Source: Tubiluchus corallicola (Eukaryota > Animalia > Priapulida). Taken from it: DNA of 56,318 nt. Position 1 is the stretch's first letter. The number at the start of each line of letters is the position of its first letter. Where the stretch lies: positions 1-56,318 of the forward strand of contig JAQGDQ010000280.1 of assembly GCA_030141605.1 (NCBI GenBank), in the 5' to 3' direction. Positions 53,301 through 56,318 of the stretch are shown one piece after another. The notes below the pieces were generated by a model. That model saw nothing but the letters and a program-made list of their open reading frames with translations. It searched no databases and was not told the origin of the DNA. The position numbers were made by a program, and so were the translations under genes.

Positions 53301-55752
53301 AATTAATCGTATAGATTTTATCGATGTATTAGATTCTATAGATTATATAGATTCGCTTCCCATTCGCTATAAGGTGATTGATCGCTTTTAAGTCACCTGA
53401 CTCCGAGGGCTTTAGTTCAGTCTATCAGGCAATGATGATGTCCTTCCAGACTATCACTTCGATCTTGCGTTGAGAGTTGAGGTCTTCTTCCCTCAAGTTA
53501 TCAAGCGTTGCTCCCGCAATTGAGCTTTCTTTTAGTACAATGCGAATATCTCAAGTTCGTGTCTAGGATTTAGTGGTGCTTTACTGTGAACGCTCTCAAT
53601 CATACAAGAACTCGTTATCTGCGTTACTAAAGTGAACAGATTTTATTCGATCACAAATTACACATTATCTACTCTGGCTTACTTTACACGATTTGTCCTT
53701 ATACGCCGGTGGGCGCTTACAACTAGAGTATAGCTCCAGAGAAGATGCTATTCACTTTAATTGATAACGATTCAATATGCTGCACTGAAGGTGCTTAACA
53801 CAACGTGAATGCTACAGTTATATAGAGTTGGACTCAGATACAAATAAGTTGAATTCACTTAACTTGTGGATTGACCAATGTACCCTTACACTTGGTCAAA
53901 TCCTGATAGCTTATCGAGACCTCGTCGCACCAGTGCTCAGTCTTGGCTGAGAACGTAGAATCCTATCCACGCTGGGCTAAAACGCTGCTTCTGTCGTCTA
54001 GAAGATTGTCTCGGACACAACACGATGGCAGCTACCACAGTCAGACTCTCCCCTTCGTTGTGCGTGTAAAGCTCTAGTATCTTACCAGAATTTATATCTC
54101 TGAGAGCTGGCCTTCGTTCATATTGCACCATATGGCAACATCCAGCAACATCTGCTGCAGATGCTACCTCCCGTCAAGAGACTTCTGATTTTACAATCAG
54201 TAATGTGTTCTCTTGAATTCCATCGTCTTTTGAGATCTTCCTACCATCGTCGGCAAATCTTCAGATTTATCTCTCTAATGTCGCTGAGCACTGATAGAGA
54301 CCTTGGCTGCTATCATAAAGTCACTTCTACGCGACATCTAAATCGCTCTAGAACCTCTCTTAAATAGCCCTAACTCTGCATGTATCCATTTGAAACAATA
54401 GTGTCTTTCTTAAACAAGACACCTGCATTTCTATAACACGTGTGACAATTGCATTAAATTCGTACTACCAGCTGGGTGAGTTTCTCTGTCAACCGTGTAA
54501 ATTTATTTCATGAAATCAGGGAGGCGTGAATTTATCAACTGAATCTAATTCAGTTGATAACTCCATCAATTATCTTCCAAAATACATATTCCTAAATTTA
54601 TTCACAACAGTAATATGCTGAGCAGTGAGACACTTGTAACTAGGCAATCACTAAGCACTAGTAATAGTCAAATAAGGCGGACTTATTAACAAGGGTAACA
54701 TAAATTTTAAGAACAATTAGTAAAACATTTTAAATGGACAGACGTTTTGGCGGTGATGTGCTTGCAACTTCTGTCTTGTATTTAGATCTGTTTATGAAGT
54801 TATGAGATTTTAACCAAGATGTGGTGTAATTTTAAATGATAATTGTAATGTGTATAAATGGCTCAGAAATTAAGCTCGCAGGATATGACGACGGCTTGTC
54901 CTGTGTTTTTTCACAGGATGTGTGCTTTGAGGATGTCTGTATTTAAATTTTGTATTTTGATTTTTATTGCTTCAATTCTTGCTGCTGTTGCTGCTGTTTG
55001 TTGTTGTTGTTGTTGTTGTTATTGTTGCTGCTGCTGTTGTTGTTATTGTTGTTGTTGTTGTTGTTATTGTTGTTGTTGTTGTCGCTGTTGTTGTTGCTGC
55101 TGCAAAACCCCAGATATTTCACCATTTCGAGAATTTTCTTTCTGTTTTCATATTAAATAATGCCGATTATTGCAATTTAGTTGTGCTGTTTACAAGAAAT
55201 CTTTACGGCATCGCTACCATTCCACATACAATATCTGGTAGCATTTGCGTATTGTTTAATGAATTCCTATAAAAGTACACACTTGGAAACTCCTTAAACA
55301 CCCACAGTTTCAACAGTGGACCGCTTTGAAGTATGCCGTCATTATACCTCTGGTAGGTCCCTAGTAGCCGCTCGATTTGCTCTATTAAGGTCTGTCTGAA
55401 CTTCCCAATTTGCTCTACATTCTTTAAGTGATTTAATATATTCTTCAGCATTAACGTACATAATTAACTTCAAGAAGACTTTCATACAATAAATAAAAAA
55501 AAACGCCCAATAATTCTTGTAGTCATTACTGATGTCAATAAAACAGTTTTTACCTGTCACAGTGTTAGCATTTTGCCAGACCTGCATATTTTTCCCAAAT
55601 GACCATGTTGCTTGTTCAAGGCGTTTTTTTTGCAGTGCTGCGTAGGTGTCCAATTACATGCAGTTATGGACATTGTGAGTATGGTGTAGACTCGGATTTT
55701 CCTGTTTACTGCAACTGCACACTTGGTTACACGGGAGAAAATTGTGATGAAG
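43212..55752 (+). CDS. Secreted or cell-surface protein: signal peptide, WSC, WSC, EGF-like; 3' end not in the window
   Basis: Phase-1 exons 43212-43272 (MEKFTILLICFSSSLFLIKY), 44698-45021 (YIGCY..C...C..CWC..C..C..CG), 51995-52321 (YHGCY..CEQKC..CMCGN..CPDNC..CGG), 55636-55752 (CPITCSYGHC..CNCTLGYTGENCDE); all have AG/GT boundaries. Small intervening exons could have been missed. Confidence 0.8.
43539..43846. mobile_element. hAT-type MITE, 308 bp
   Basis: TIRs CAGGGCCTATTTCAG / CTGAAATAGGTCCTG; perfect 8-bp TSD ATAAGAAA. Confidence 0.92.
44122..44330. repeat. (CAA/CAG)n microsatellite
   Basis: Direct reading. Confidence 0.97.
45088..45576. mobile_element. Tc1/mariner (pogo-like) MITE
   Basis: Imperfect TIRs CAGTCAACCTCGGATATAAGG / CCTGATACCCGATGTTGACTG|TA; internal GTCCCTTATA motifs. 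Confidence 0.8.
46964..49040 (+). mobile_element. 5'-truncated, frameshifted non-LTR retrotransposon (RT plus C-terminal CCHC-type motif)
   Basis: FRPLTLSS, QEGF, DFQRAFDSV, GLPQGSVI, LFNFYVSD, KYADD, KVLGVTIDSNLSFENHV, CICSEEAQTVEHLLFNC spread over four ORF fragments; AATAAA and (TAA)n tail at about 49014-49040. Confidence 0.93.
51420..51690. repeat. Degenerate 16-bp tandem repeat
   Basis: Variants of GAGAAGGTAGACTGGC in tandem. Confidence 0.9.
54980..55103. repeat. (GTT/GCT)n microsatellite
   Basis: Direct reading. Confidence 0.96.
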
Positions 55753-56318
55753 GTTTGTATTGCAAGAGTTCAGAATAAATTTTAACATTGCAATGGACTT
55801 TATTGGATTCGAAAAACATCGAATGCAGGAAATGATAATAATTAGTGACACCGTGTCTGTCAAAAACTGAATTGGATTCGAAATACATCGAAAGCAGGAA
55901 ATGATAATAATTAGTGACACCGTGTCTGTCAAAAACTGAGGTAAGAAAAAATGAGGTGAGATTCTGCTTCTGTGACAGGAATTGCTTTATGTGAGAGCTT
56001 TTGTTTTATATTTACAAAGATAAATATTTTTTTAAAATAATTAACACTCTGTATGTAAGTATGGTCATGCTTGACATTGAAAATTTAGTGAAATCTAAAC
56101 TTGTCACTTTTTGTTGGTGACTCGTGGGTCAAGAGTCAATCAAATACTTGTTAAATACACCATTCAATTTGCCTCATCGAGATCTATCATTTGATGTAGT
56201 ACAAATTATGCTACTTGACATTGGAAGCATTTGTATGGATAATCTAGTAATAGTAGTAGTTTTATTGTCATTACGGCCAACAAATGACATGTACATTTAC
56301 AAAAATGATACGTGTAAC

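Overview
AT-rich, intron-rich animal genomic DNA, probably a marine invertebrate of lophotrochozoan type (inferred from the 5S sequence, a Meta-like SINE and a NIT-domain gene). The ORF track mostly reports repeat artefacts, so the gene models were built by hand from splice sites. A divergent pair of first coding exons matches the splicing-associated genes SREK1IP1 (minus, 20334-20346, next exon 3264-3332) and CWC27 (plus, 21804-21845). Each apparently has a very long first intron holding whole same-strand genes. On the SREK1IP1 side lies a two-exon NIT-domain membrane protein with no cyclase domain (minus, 11820-13876). On the CWC27 side lie a complete 14-exon SLC6 transporter (plus, 26841-41300, 628 aa) and an incomplete signal peptide-WSC-WSC-EGF gene (plus, from 43212). 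Introns contain minisatellites, hAT-, Tc1/mariner-, Kolobok- and MULE-type MITEs, a miniature BEL/Pao element with identical LTRs, RTE-derived elements (one with a 5S rRNA head) and a truncated LINE. Candidate self-cleaving ribozymes of three classes are present: a palindromic double-hammerhead element, a twister relic and an HDV-like fold. Family assignments rest on recalled motifs; no database search was run.
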